From the human T2T-CHM13v2.0 reference genome, Homo sapiens: DNA of 64,000 nt. The stretch is from assembly GCF_009914755.1 (NCBI RefSeq), contig NC_060927.1; one strand, given 5' to 3'. A program made the position numbers and the translations under genes. Positions 1 through 11,749 of this stretch are shown here, piece after piece. Numbering within the stretch: the first letter of the stretch is position 1; each line of letters opens with the position of its first letter. The notes under the pieces are model-generated. The model ran no database searches, was not told the origin of the DNA, and saw only the letters and a list, made by a program, of their open reading frames with translations.

Positions 1-19
1 CACAGTCCATGCTGAAAAG

Positions 20-205
20 GGAGGATAGGTGAGGTTCTGGGGTCACACAGACCTTGCTTTGAAGCCTGGGTCCCTCCCCTCTAAATCTCACTTGCCTCAT
101 CTGGAGAATGGGAAGGACAGTAGTTGCCACAGTACTGGGATTGTTTTGATGATTAAATGAAAAAACGTATGGGCAGTTCTCACCTTGTGCTTGGCACATG
201 GTGAT
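20..205 (+). mobile_element. MIR SINE fragment
   Basis: MIR core 'cctcatctggagaatggg...ttgttttgatgattaaatga...cttggcacatggt'. Confidence 0.7.
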
Positions 206-589
206 TTCCCAACAAACATCAGCTGGCTTTAACAACACAGACCCAGAGCTGGCTGTGGCTTTGCTGGGTGCCCCAACTCCAGAAAAAAGTCTAGCATCCC
301 TGTAAATGGAAATGTGATCAGTCTTCACCAGATTGGCATCTATTTGCTCTTTAGACACTTGCTGATGGTCAGTTTCAATTTAGACCCAGCAATGGCAATA
401 TTCAAACATCAAAAGCATGTGGGTAAAAACATACTCCTTTTTTGTTGTTTTCCACATATGTGTATCTAAATAAATTAATTGGTTGGCCACCACCATATAG
501 GGTCCTATGACTATCTGAGGCCAAATCTATTGAGGCCAGAGGGTAGAGCAATAAGGAGTATTGAACTTCCATCATATTTCCTGAATACT

Positions 590-775
590 CTGTGATCTAC
601 TAGAACTTTGGGAAAATTACTTGACTTCTCTGTGCCTTTGCTTCCTCATCTATACAGTGGAGGTAAAAGAGTACCTACCTCTTGGGTTATTGTGAGAATA
701 AAATAAGATGCTGCACATAAAGTGCATAGCCAAAGACAGCACATCGTATGTCCTCAATTATTGAGCCATTAGCAT
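590..775 (+). mobile_element. MIR SINE fragment
   Basis: 'ttacttgacttctctgtgcct...cttcctcatctatacagtggagg...agtacctacctcttgggttattgtgagaataaaataaga'. Confidence 0.75.
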
Positions 776-1179
776 TGTTTCTGTCTCCTCTGCCACCACG
801 ACCATCTCATTGTAGAGCTTGGTTCTAATCAGGATCAGGATATACAAATGTCATATGCAATTTGTAGAATGCTGCGGGTTTGATATTTGCATTGTTAGTT
901 GTGTGTTTGAATTCTGTCCTCCAGATATGGTCTTACAAATTTTATTTATCCAAAAAATATGCAGTGATGATCTTTATTGAGCCTTTGAAATCTACTTTAA
1001 ATGCTGCTGTATACTATATACAGCAGTCCTAAACTTCCAAAAGTAAAATACATCTTCTTGACAATGGGCAATGCCTTATGATTAGTATCAAAACCACAAA
1101 CATGTAAGATTTATTTATTATGTGTCACATGACTTTGATAGACATTATCTCAGAAGGCCTCAGAAGGCCTTACGGGAGA

Positions 1180-2022
1180 GTGTCATAGTCATTAGGGCTG
1201 TTCACACAATTTCCTGCCTCTTTCAAGTGTGGTAATGAGGTAGGAGGTGGGACTTGACTTTAGAGGCGGAGCTTAGACACTGGACCAAACTGAGGACTAG
1301 CTAAAACAGGGACAGAGCAGAAGCAGCTTTCCATAATACATGCCCACCAGTGTGCCATGTGAGTTACCACGGCCATGGCAACACCAAAACTTACCACCTC
1401 TTTCCATGAAATTTCTGCATAACCTGTCCCTTAATTTGCAGGTAATTAAAAGTGTGTATAAATATGACTTCAGAACTGTCTTTGAGCTGCTACTCTGGAC
1501 ACACTGCCTATAGGGTAGCCCTGCTCTGCATGGAGCAGTACCTTTGCTGCTGCTGTACACTGCTGCTTCAATAAAAGTTGCCGTCTAACACCACTGGCTC
1601 ACCCTTGAATTCTTTCCTGGGAAAAGCCAAGAACCCTCCCAGGCTAAGTCCTAATTTTGGGGCTCGACTGCCCTGCATCAGTAGGACTGCACTTTTTGGT
1701 TTCTTTGAAGTTAGGTGGGGACATGTGACTTATTTGGCCAATGAGATAAGAGTGTTAGTAATGTGGGTCACTTCCAGGGGAAGCAGTGAATTGCCAGTGT
1801 GAGACAACACAGTGCTCTCTGGTCCTCTTCTACAGCGACTATGGAAGCACAGAGATTGAACTTCTGTTGGGCAGGGGCCGTGAGTGATGATAACAAGGAA
1901 TACAGCCTATTACTGATGTGTGAGGGGCATGAAGTGTGGGTGAGAAATAAACTTTTTTGTGTGCTAAGTCACTGATTTTGTGAGGTTATTATGGAAATAA
2001 CATAGCCTATCTTGACAAGTAT
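1180..2022 (+). mobile_element. MLT1-family (ERVL-MaLR) LTR, split by the MER66-like LTR
   Basis: 'gttaggtggggacatgtgacttatttggccaatgaga' and 3' end 'tgagaaataaacttttttgtgtgctaagtcactga'; sequence resumes on both sides of 1236-1680. Confidence 0.7.
1236..1680 (+). mobile_element. ERV1 solo LTR, MER66-like
   Basis: TG...CA termini ('tgaggtaggagg'...'ccctgcatca'), near 4-bp TSD gtaa/gtag, TATA box 1457-1464, AATAAA 1570-1575, 'gaattctttcctggg..agccaagaaccctcc' typical of MER4-group LTRs. Confidence 0.8.
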
Positions 2023-2031
2023 AAGGAGAGA

Positions 2032-2535
<504 letters not shown>

Positions 2536-2939
2536 TGTACTTGTCATTTTTAAAGCTATCTTCTTGAAAAATTCTTACCTTCTCTATGAAGGAATCATTG
2601 CGCAAAGTGATTTGATAGGTTTCCAAAACACGAATGACTTTTTTGGGGCAGGGGTCCCCACAAGCCAGTGCCTATGGTTCTGCAGGCCTCTTTTCAGTAA
2701 GAGACCAGCCTTCCCAGTTTCCCAGCTTCTTCTGTCTCTCTTTAACTGATAAGATCCAGTGTCTGGTGTTGGGACCCAGGTCTGAAACCTGCGCCTACAC
2801 CTTCTCAGATTCCCATGTCCTTAGCTCAAGGACTTACCACTCTGCCTTTAAATATTCTCTTCATTTCTGACTTTATCAAGCCCCAAATGAAAGACCTTTT
2901 TGTTAAGTGTAGTTGATTCCTAGATACTACACATGCTAC

Positions 2940-3589
2940 AGGAAATAGAAATACTGTGTAAAATGTAACAAAAATAGCAAAGGACATGACCGTTCATAAA
3001 ATAAATAGGATTTAAATGGTTTAAGATATCAAAAACTATAGTGAAAATAGGAAATTATGAAAAAAGAAACTGCAGGCTTAAAAAACATGGAAATAAGTCT
3101 TTTATCAATGAAAATTATCATTACATTAAAAATACAATGAATAGATTAAATAGCAGGTGGGATATAATTGAGGAAAAAATGAGTAAACTGTAAAGTAGAT
3201 TTAAGAACATTAACTAGAAAAGGACTTAAGAGATATACAGGAAAAAGTGATAAGTTCTCATTTTAGGTTGTTAGAAGGATAGATTAGAAAGAATGATGGG
3301 AATGGCCGGGTGTGGTGGCTCACACCTGTAATCCCAGCACTTTGGGAGGCTGAGGTGGGCAGATCACTTGAGGTCAGGAGTTCGAGACCTCCCTGCCTAT
3401 ATGGTGAAACCTCATTTCTACTAAAAATACAAAAAATTAGCTGGATATGGTAGCACACGACTGTAGTCCCAGCTACTTGGGGGACTGAGGCAGGAGAATA
3501 GCTTGAACCTGGGAGGGAGGCGGAGGTTGTAGTGAGCAGACATCGTGCCACTGCACTCCAGCCTGGGTGACAGAGTGAGACTCTATCTC

Positions 3590-3620
<31 letters not shown>

Positions 3621-3695
3621 AGAAAGAAAGAAAGAATGGAAGGGAGTGGGAAAGTTGAAGAGATTATATCTGAGAATGTATCGAAAATTATAGAA
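2940..3695 (+). mobile_element. Old L1 ORF1-region fragment interrupted by Alu
   Basis: A-rich 'aaaatacaatgaatagattaaatagcagg...gaggaaaaaatgagtaaactg' resembles the L1 ORF1 coiled-coil region. Confidence 0.55.
3304..3635 (+). mobile_element. AluS (Sx-like)
   Basis: ggccgggtgtggtggctc... full dimer, A/GAAA tail, degenerate TSD agaaagaatg. Confidence 0.95.
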
Positions 3696-4524
3696 GTATT
3701 TTTTATTTTATTTTTATTTTAAAGAGGATTCCTTGGCCAGATTTATGATTGAAAATAAGCCACTGGTACCCAAAGAGTAAAACAAATAAGCTGCTCATTT
3801 GCAAATTCTGCCTTGATGAGGATTATTTTTATAATTATGAGTCTACTTTATTGAAGTCCAGTAGTATTATTTATGAAACAGAATAAAATAGCTGTACTCA
3901 GGCATAAAGATTATGAGAACGAGGAAGTCATATATGTAAAGCTATTGTTCCAACCTATATTATGCACAGAGATCACAAGATGAACTACTAAAAATGCAGA
4001 TGGCTATCTCTTATTCCAAAATCACTATATTCAGTCAGTCTGCCCCAGCAATTTGCGCCTTTTCTAAGCACCAGCCCAGTTTATTTGATGCAGGATCATC
4101 CTTGAACTTCACTGTAAGAAACATGGTTCTAGCCCATGCTTGCATTCAATGTTGTATTGCTTTGAATCTCGTTGCTTAGGTATGAAAATATTGGCTCTGT
4201 TGCACAGGGACTGCCCATCCTCTCAAAGCCAAGTCATTTCCTGAGATAGGCTTTAATATAAAAAAACCTTTGAAGTCCATTGTTTGATAACTTTACCTTT
4301 TTAACCAAAAGAGGAAATAAAAATAAACCCCACAGCATTTGGAAAAAAGAAGGTAGGTTTAGTAAAACAGTAAAAAGAAATCTTGATGACAAACTTACTG
4401 ATTTGTTCACTTGACAAAAACAAAGGTTTTCATAATCCACTAGCCAATTTATAGTGGGGTTTTAGAATTGATTTAGAATTAAATTTAAACTTGACTTCTA
4501 CCATGTAGACAAAACTCCTGAAGG

Positions 4525-4620
4525 ATGGAGGTAGCCTGGTATAACAGAATGAACACAGATATTCCCGTCAGAAGACCTGGGTTTGAATCTTGGTTCTGTC
4601 AATCCAGCCATGTGACATTA
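4525..4620 (+). mobile_element. MIR 5' fragment
   Basis: 'gtcagaagacctgggtttgaatcttggttctg...catgtgac' (B-box-like region). Confidence 0.55.
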
Positions 4621-4984
4621 ACCCCTAGTAATAATGTACATTATCCTATCTTGGAGATATTTCTTTTTGTCAGCCAGGACATAATTCAACCTATCTTGCA
4701 TGAAATAATTAACTTCCATCAGTACTAATATGCCAACCAATGTGGGATTTCCACCCAGTCGTCATTGACACTCCCTAAATAGCCCCTTAGGAAAGGACTG
4801 TCACCATTATAATGGTGATAATATATCACTGCTAGCGATAATGTACCTAACTTGCTTAGCCCAGTTATTAGCATTATTTATAATCATTACTATTGTTATT
4901 CATCTTCTCTTCCCCTTAATCAATACGATGGAGAACATGATGTTGTTCTCCCTTAAATTTGTTGTGAGGATTTTTAAATTAGAT

Positions 4985-5172
4985 AATTAATAGGCTACAC
5001 ATTTGGTGCTTATGATGTGCTAGGCATAGTCTAAGTATCTTACATGCATTAACTTATTTGATCTTCACAACACCCTGTGAGGTTCTCCCCATTTGACAGA
5101 TGAGGAAGCTGAGGCTCAGAGATGAAAAGCACATTACCCAAGGTCACACAGCTATAAGGGGTGAAACTGGAC
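4985..5172 (-). mobile_element. MIR
   Basis: 'tcttcacaacaccctgtgagg...catttgacagatgaggaagctgaggctcagaga...cccaaggtcacacagct'. Confidence 0.85.
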
Positions 5173-6174
5173 TATTGTAGGTGAAGAGCTCAGTCTGGTA
5201 CCTGGCAGACAGTAGATCTTAATCATGGACAGCATTCATGGTGTGTTGTGTAGAGAGAACCTTTCCTAAGGGGCTGTCTTGGGAGTGTCAATGATGGCTG
5301 GGTGGAAACCCACATTGGTAGGCACATTTGTACTGATGGAAGTTAATTCTTTCATGGAAGGTGGGTTGAGTGATGTCCTGGCTGACAAAAAATAAAAAAA
5401 ATCTCCAAGCTATCAGCTGCAAATGAGGGTGGACATATATTTAAATAGGCGTTGGACCCAATTCATCCCATGTGGTCCCCAAATTAATAATATCTATACA
5501 TAATTGTCATACTTAGAAATGTTTCCTTTTAGTCCTGAGAGAATGATTATGCTGCAAAGATGCAGTTCTTGAGACTGGGTGGAAAAAAAAACCCTTCTCT
5601 TATATATAGTTATATTCTGATGGGCCAGCAGTAGATGCAATAAAGGCAGTGATATTTAAGTTGATCAGGGACAGATGTTTAACATATTTTATGTAAGAAT
5701 TGTAGACAAAGTTAACTGCCAAAACAGACTGTTTTCTTGAAACATTGGACAGATGGAACCAACAAGATATACTCCTGAGGAGTCTGAACTCTTCAAAGTG
5801 ACCCTAATTTAAAAATAATAATAATTAGTCTTGATCAAAGCACTTCAGTGATGTTCAATTCTTTTGTCTCTGTACTTTGTTCACTTTGTCATCGCTACAA
5901 AGGTATTTGGGATGTAAAATCTCTTTCTCTCTCTCTGTATGTGTATGTGTCACACATGTGTGAGTATTCCTGGTTTCAAAAACATACTTTGTTTTATTTT
6001 CTGTCATTCACTGTGGGAAATAGTGTGCTGTGCACATTGTCGGCTCTCGCCCCCGCGTCTGCGTCTGCTCCCCTCCCCTCTTTCCAACAGCCGTTCATTT
6101 CTATTTGGGGATCTGTGGTCGAGGGAGGCTGATTCCACGCCCAGCTCCATATCTTGTCACTACTGTGATACAAG

Positions 6175-6375
6175 GCCTCCTCTTGTTCCCTTTCCTATTA
6201 AGAGTGAAACGGCAAAGTTTCCACTGGGCTGTGAGGCCCAACACCATCTGGTCCTATACTGCCCTGACCTTGTCTCCTACAGCTTTCCCTACTCTCTCAC
6301 TCTGCTCCTTTAAACTGATGACCCCCTTGCTGTTTCTCAAATATGCCAGGCAGGCTCCCATCTCTTCCCTTCTCT
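6175..6375 (+). mobile_element. L2 fragment
   Basis: Pyrimidine-rich L2 3' region 'ctcactctgctcc...cttgctgtttctcaaatatgccaggc'. Confidence 0.55.
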
Positions 6376-6388
6376 AGATCTTTTAGGG

Positions 6389-6754
6389 TAGGGGTCCCCA
6401 AACCCCAGAGCCACTGACCAATATAGGTCTGGCACATGCGAGGGATCTAGGTTGCACACTCCTTATGAGAATCTAATACCTGATGATCTGTCACTGTCTC
6501 CCATAACAGCCAGATGCACCCCTCTAGTTGCAGGAAAACTAGCTCAGGGTTCTCACTGATTCTACATTACGGTGAGTTGTATGTATAAATATACAATTAT
6601 TTCATTATATATTACAATGTAATAATAATAGAAATAAAGTGCACAATAAATGCAATGCGCTTGAATCATCCGGAAACGATCCCTCACCCCGGTGTGTGGA
6701 AAAATTGTCTTCCATGAAACTAGTCCCTAATGCCAATAAGGGTGGGGACGGCAG
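6389..6754 (+). mobile_element. MER1A-like hAT-Charlie DNA transposon (internally deleted)
   Basis: TIR-like ends taggggtcccca...ggggacggcag; internal 'gagggatctaggttgcacactccttatgagaatctaat'; 8-bp TSD ttttaggg/agttaggg. Confidence 0.85.
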
Positions 6755-8644
6755 AGTTAGGGAACATTTCACTGAATCGTACAAGTGAAGACCTTGATTG
6801 AATTGAACAGTTTTGCCCAAATCCCTCACTTTCACATCACAAACATTCCAGTAAAACCAGATTAATTTTAAGCATTCATCATTTAATGTTTCAAGAGGAG
6901 TTTGCACCAACATTCTGCCCTGACAAGAATTTTAGAAGATGTGTATGAAGTCTTTCTTCTTGTGTTCATATAGAACAATGTGCAATTCAGTCGTGGGGTG
7001 AACGCTTTGTTGAAAGGAACTGAGAGAGTTATTGACTGGGAGGGATTTCAATCTTGTTGCTATTCTGCTGATAATCACTTAATGAAAACTTAAAAATAAA
7101 AACATCTGGAAAGTATGCCAACCAATGCCTGCTTTACCAGTTTTACTTTCTGGCTTGCCTCAAGTAATTTTAATAAAGTATGTTAACTCAACTAGGGTCT
7201 TGAAAGAATTCACGTTCTATAATCTGTCCCTGTCCACTGCTACAAGAGTTTTGGGAATAGGCCCATGAATTTGATAAAATACTTAAAATAATACTACAGG
7301 AGACTTAAATCTTGATAATTATGCAAAGAGTTGTACTTCGGATATATTATATGCTTCTAAAAGGATGCATTTTGCCTAGAATTCTGATGGTTGTACCTTA
7401 AAAGAGCCGTGGTTAACGGGATCAAATTTAAATAGTTTCGATTCACAGATGACCCAAAATGAAATTCATGCAACTAACAGTTGGGAGGGATGGTGCTACC
7501 ACTCTCTTGAGTTTGCCTTATAATGACTCTGTTTAATTTCCTGTTTTAAAGAAAGAACTTGAATGGAATTTCTTCTTAAGGGATTGTTTGGTTTAAACCT
7601 GATCCTCTCGAATCCTTTCCTAAATCCCTCCTTTGAGGATTTGGACTCTGGACTCACCTGAAGGTATCATTTCAGTTCTTGGATGAGAGACACACTCTTC
7701 ATCATTCCAAAGCAATCCGAGAAAGTTCTTCTCAGCCACAAATGGCACCAGCAAGTGTACAAAGCACACTTTGTTTTGTGGAAAATGAAATTGTTTTCTT
7801 AACAGTGCATCCTTGGGCTGAAATAGGAAGACCTTCCACCTGGACATTAATGCAAGTCAGAATCATTAACGTTCATAACAGTCCACATTGCTGTTTATGC
7901 ATTTGATGTTCAATGTATCTGGGTCTCATTTCATTCAATAACTTAATACCTGCTTTCATTAGCAACTCCAGTTTGGACTTCTTGCTATTCAATTCGGCTA
8001 GGAAAATGTGTATTCAAACCAGAGAGTCTAAACTCAAGTCCTTCATACTTCTTTTGCCATGGCAGTTTGTGGAGCAAAAGACCTCCCAGCCTATCCACCC
8101 AAGCTCTCTCCACTTTCCAGTGGAAAAATATTTCAGAGATAACAATAAAGATTCAGTGTCTGAGCAAATTCTTTTGGGATTATGTGTACATCTGTTTTAG
8201 CAATACAGGAAAGGATGACCCATTTAGAGTCACAACACGTGAGATATGTGCAAGTTTAGTTATTGGAAAGTTATAGGCTAGACATACTGCTCATATGAAT
8301 AGGAATTTCTTAACTGTAAAGTTAAGCAAACAATCCCAACAAACTTAATAATTGTGAAGCTAAACCAAGATTAATTTCAGGTAAAAACAAAACAGAACAA
8401 AAGAAACCACACTAGGAGACAATGAAAATTGCAATCCAGTAAGATAGCAAAGTACGATGTATACCACCCCCAGAAGTGATTCCAATGATCAGTTGAGCCT
8501 ACATACACAGTAAGAGCTTCACAGCTCTGTGGAAATCTGCCTGGCAGACAGCCTTCTTAGTAGAATTCAGAATTAAGAGCCAAAGTAATCTTTTAGTTTC
8601 AATTAATGAATAGCAAGTTTTAGGAATTCTAAATAACTCACTTA

Positions 8645-8815
8645 ACAGGTTACTATTACGTAGCCCTTAATCATATATAAAAGTTCATGGAATTACAAGT
8701 CACAGGTTACTATTATGTAGCCCTTAATCATATATAAAAGTTCATGGAATTACAAGTCACAGGTTACTATTATGTAGCCCTTAATCATATATAAAAGTTC
8801 ATGGAATTACAAGTC
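8645..8815. repeat. Minisatellite, 3 x 57 bp
   Basis: acaggttactatta(c/t)gtagcccttaatcatatataaaagttcatggaattacaagtc starting at 8645, 8702 and 8759. Confidence 0.97.
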
Positions 8816-9687
8816 ATTCGTGCAGAAGACATAAAAGGAATAAAATGCATTTTAAGAAATTTAATGATTTATTTTTAAATAATTGTAGATTCACATGCAG
8901 CTATAAGAAGTAGTACAGAGAGGTTCAGTGTACCCTGTACCCAATTTCCTTCAATGGTACTCTCTTGCAAAATTTTACTATTATATCACAACTATGATAC
9001 TGACATTGGTACAGTCAAGGTACAGAACATTTCCACCAACTCAAGAATTCCTTATGCTGTCTTTTTACAGCCATATTCACTTCTCTCTTGTCCCTATCCT
9101 CTCCTTATCTACGGGCAACTAGAAATCTGATTTTCATTTTTATAATATTCTCATCTCAAGAATATTAAATAAGTGGAATGATACACTTTCGGAAAAGTGC
9201 CAGATTGTTTTCCAGAGTGACAGTACCATTTTACATTCCCACCAGTAATGTATACATCTTTTTCTGTCTTTTGCCCATTTTCTAATTGGCTTGTTTGCTT
9301 TTTCTATTTGGGTTTTGATAATTCTTTTATAGTCTAGATACTAGACCTTTGTTAGATAGGTGCTTTGCAAATATTTTCCCTCAGTCTATTGCTTATCTTT
9401 TACAGGTATTTTGCGGAGTAAAAGTTTTTAATTTTGGTGAAGTCCAATTTATCTTTATTTAAAAAATTCATGGATCATAATTTTGGTGTCAAGTCTAAGA
9501 ATTCTTTTTCTAGCCCTAGATCCCAAAGATTTTCTCCTCTTTTTGAAGTATTACTTTATAGCTCAACATTTAAGTCTGTGATCCATTTCAAGTTAGTTTT
9601 TGTAGAAGGTACAGAGTTTAGGTTGAAGGTCAGTTTTTTGCCTATGGATGTCCACCTCCTCCAGCACCACTTGTTGAAAAGTTCATC

Positions 9688-10000
9688 TTTTTTTTTTTTT
9701 TTTTTTTTTTTGAGACAGGATCTCACTCTGTAGCCTAGGCTGAAGCGCAGTGGTGTGAACACGACTCAGTGTAGCCTTGACCTACTGGGCTCAAGTGATC
9801 CTTTCACCTCAGCCTCCCAAGTAGCTGGAGTCACAGGTGTGTGCCATCATGCCCAGCTAATTTATTTTTATTTTTGTTTTTTGTAGAGACAAAGTCTCCT
9901 TGTGTTGACCAGGCTGGTCTCCAACTCCTGGGCTCAAGTGATCCTCCCACCTTAGCCTCCAAAGTGCTGGGATTATAGGAGTGAGCCACTGTGCCTGGCT
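9688..10000 (-). mobile_element. AluJ
   Basis: J-type 'tgggctcaagtgatcctccc'; poly-T; TSD catctttt. Confidence 0.93.
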
Positions 10001-10288
10001 CCATCTTTTCTCCACGGAATTGTTTTTATGCCTTTGTCAAAATCAGTTTGGTGTATCTGTGTGGATTTATTTCTGGGTTCAGTATTCTGTCCCATTGATT
10101 TATATGTTTATTCCTTAGCCAGTACTGCTCAGTATTGATTACTGTAGCTATTTAATACGTTTTGAAATTGGGCAGATTGATTATTCTTACCTATTCTCTT
10201 TCAAAATTAGTTTAGCTATTCTAGTTTCTTTGTTTCCACATACAAATTTTAGAATAATCTTGTCTATATCTACAAAACCTACGCTGAG

Positions 10289-10609
<321 letters not shown>

Positions 10610-10944
10610 TGATAGGAATTGCATTAAACCTGTATAATATTTGGGAAGAACTGGCATATTTACTATGTTGAGTCTTTCATCCATGAATATAGTATGTCTC
10701 TTCATTTATTTAGATCTTTGGTTTATTTCATCAGCATTTGTATTGTCAGCATATAAGTCCTATACATATTTTATACACTCTTTTTATTTTTTGTCATTAT
10801 AAGTGTTATTATATTTTTAATTTCAGTATTCATGTGTTCACTGCTAGTATACAGAAATGCAATTTTTTTGTATGTTTATCTTCTCTTCTGTGACCTTGCT
10901 AAACTCACTTCTTAGTGATAGAAGTGTTTTGGTAGATTCCTTGA

Positions 10945-11268
<324 letters not shown>

Positions 11269-11582
11269 TGAGATTTTCTATGTAGACAATCATGTCATCA
11301 GCATATAGAGACAGCTGTATTTCTTCCTTTCTAATCTTTATTCCTTTCCTACCATTATTGTACTGGCTAGAAGTTAACAGTACCATGTTGAATAAGGGTG
11401 ATGAGAATAAGCATCCTTGTCTTGTTCTCAATCTTAGGGAGAAAATATTCAGTCTTTCTCCATTAAGTATAATGACGGCTGTAGGTTTTTTTGTGGATGC
11501 TCTTTATCAAATTAAGAAGGTTCCTTCTATTCCTATTTTTCTGAGAATTTTTCTCATGATACATGTCGAAATTTGTCAAATC

Positions 11583-11749
11583 AAAGTATGTTCTTCAGTT
11601 TCCAAGTTTTGGAGATTTCCCCATGACCTTTCCTTTATTGATTTCTAGTTTCATTTCATTGTGGTCATAGACTTCAATTCTTTTAATTGCTGGTGTTTGT
11701 TTTATAGCCCAGGGTATACTACATCTTGGTATATGTTCTGTGGGCACTT
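11583..11749 (+). repeat. Dispersed direct copy of 12494-12674
   Basis: Shared blocks agtttccaagttttggagatttccc and gtatactacatcttggtatatgttctgt. Confidence 0.9.

Noticed and set aside
8645-8815. Possible CRISPR-like array
   Set aside because: Head-to-tail repeats with no unique spacers, eukaryotic context, no cas genes.
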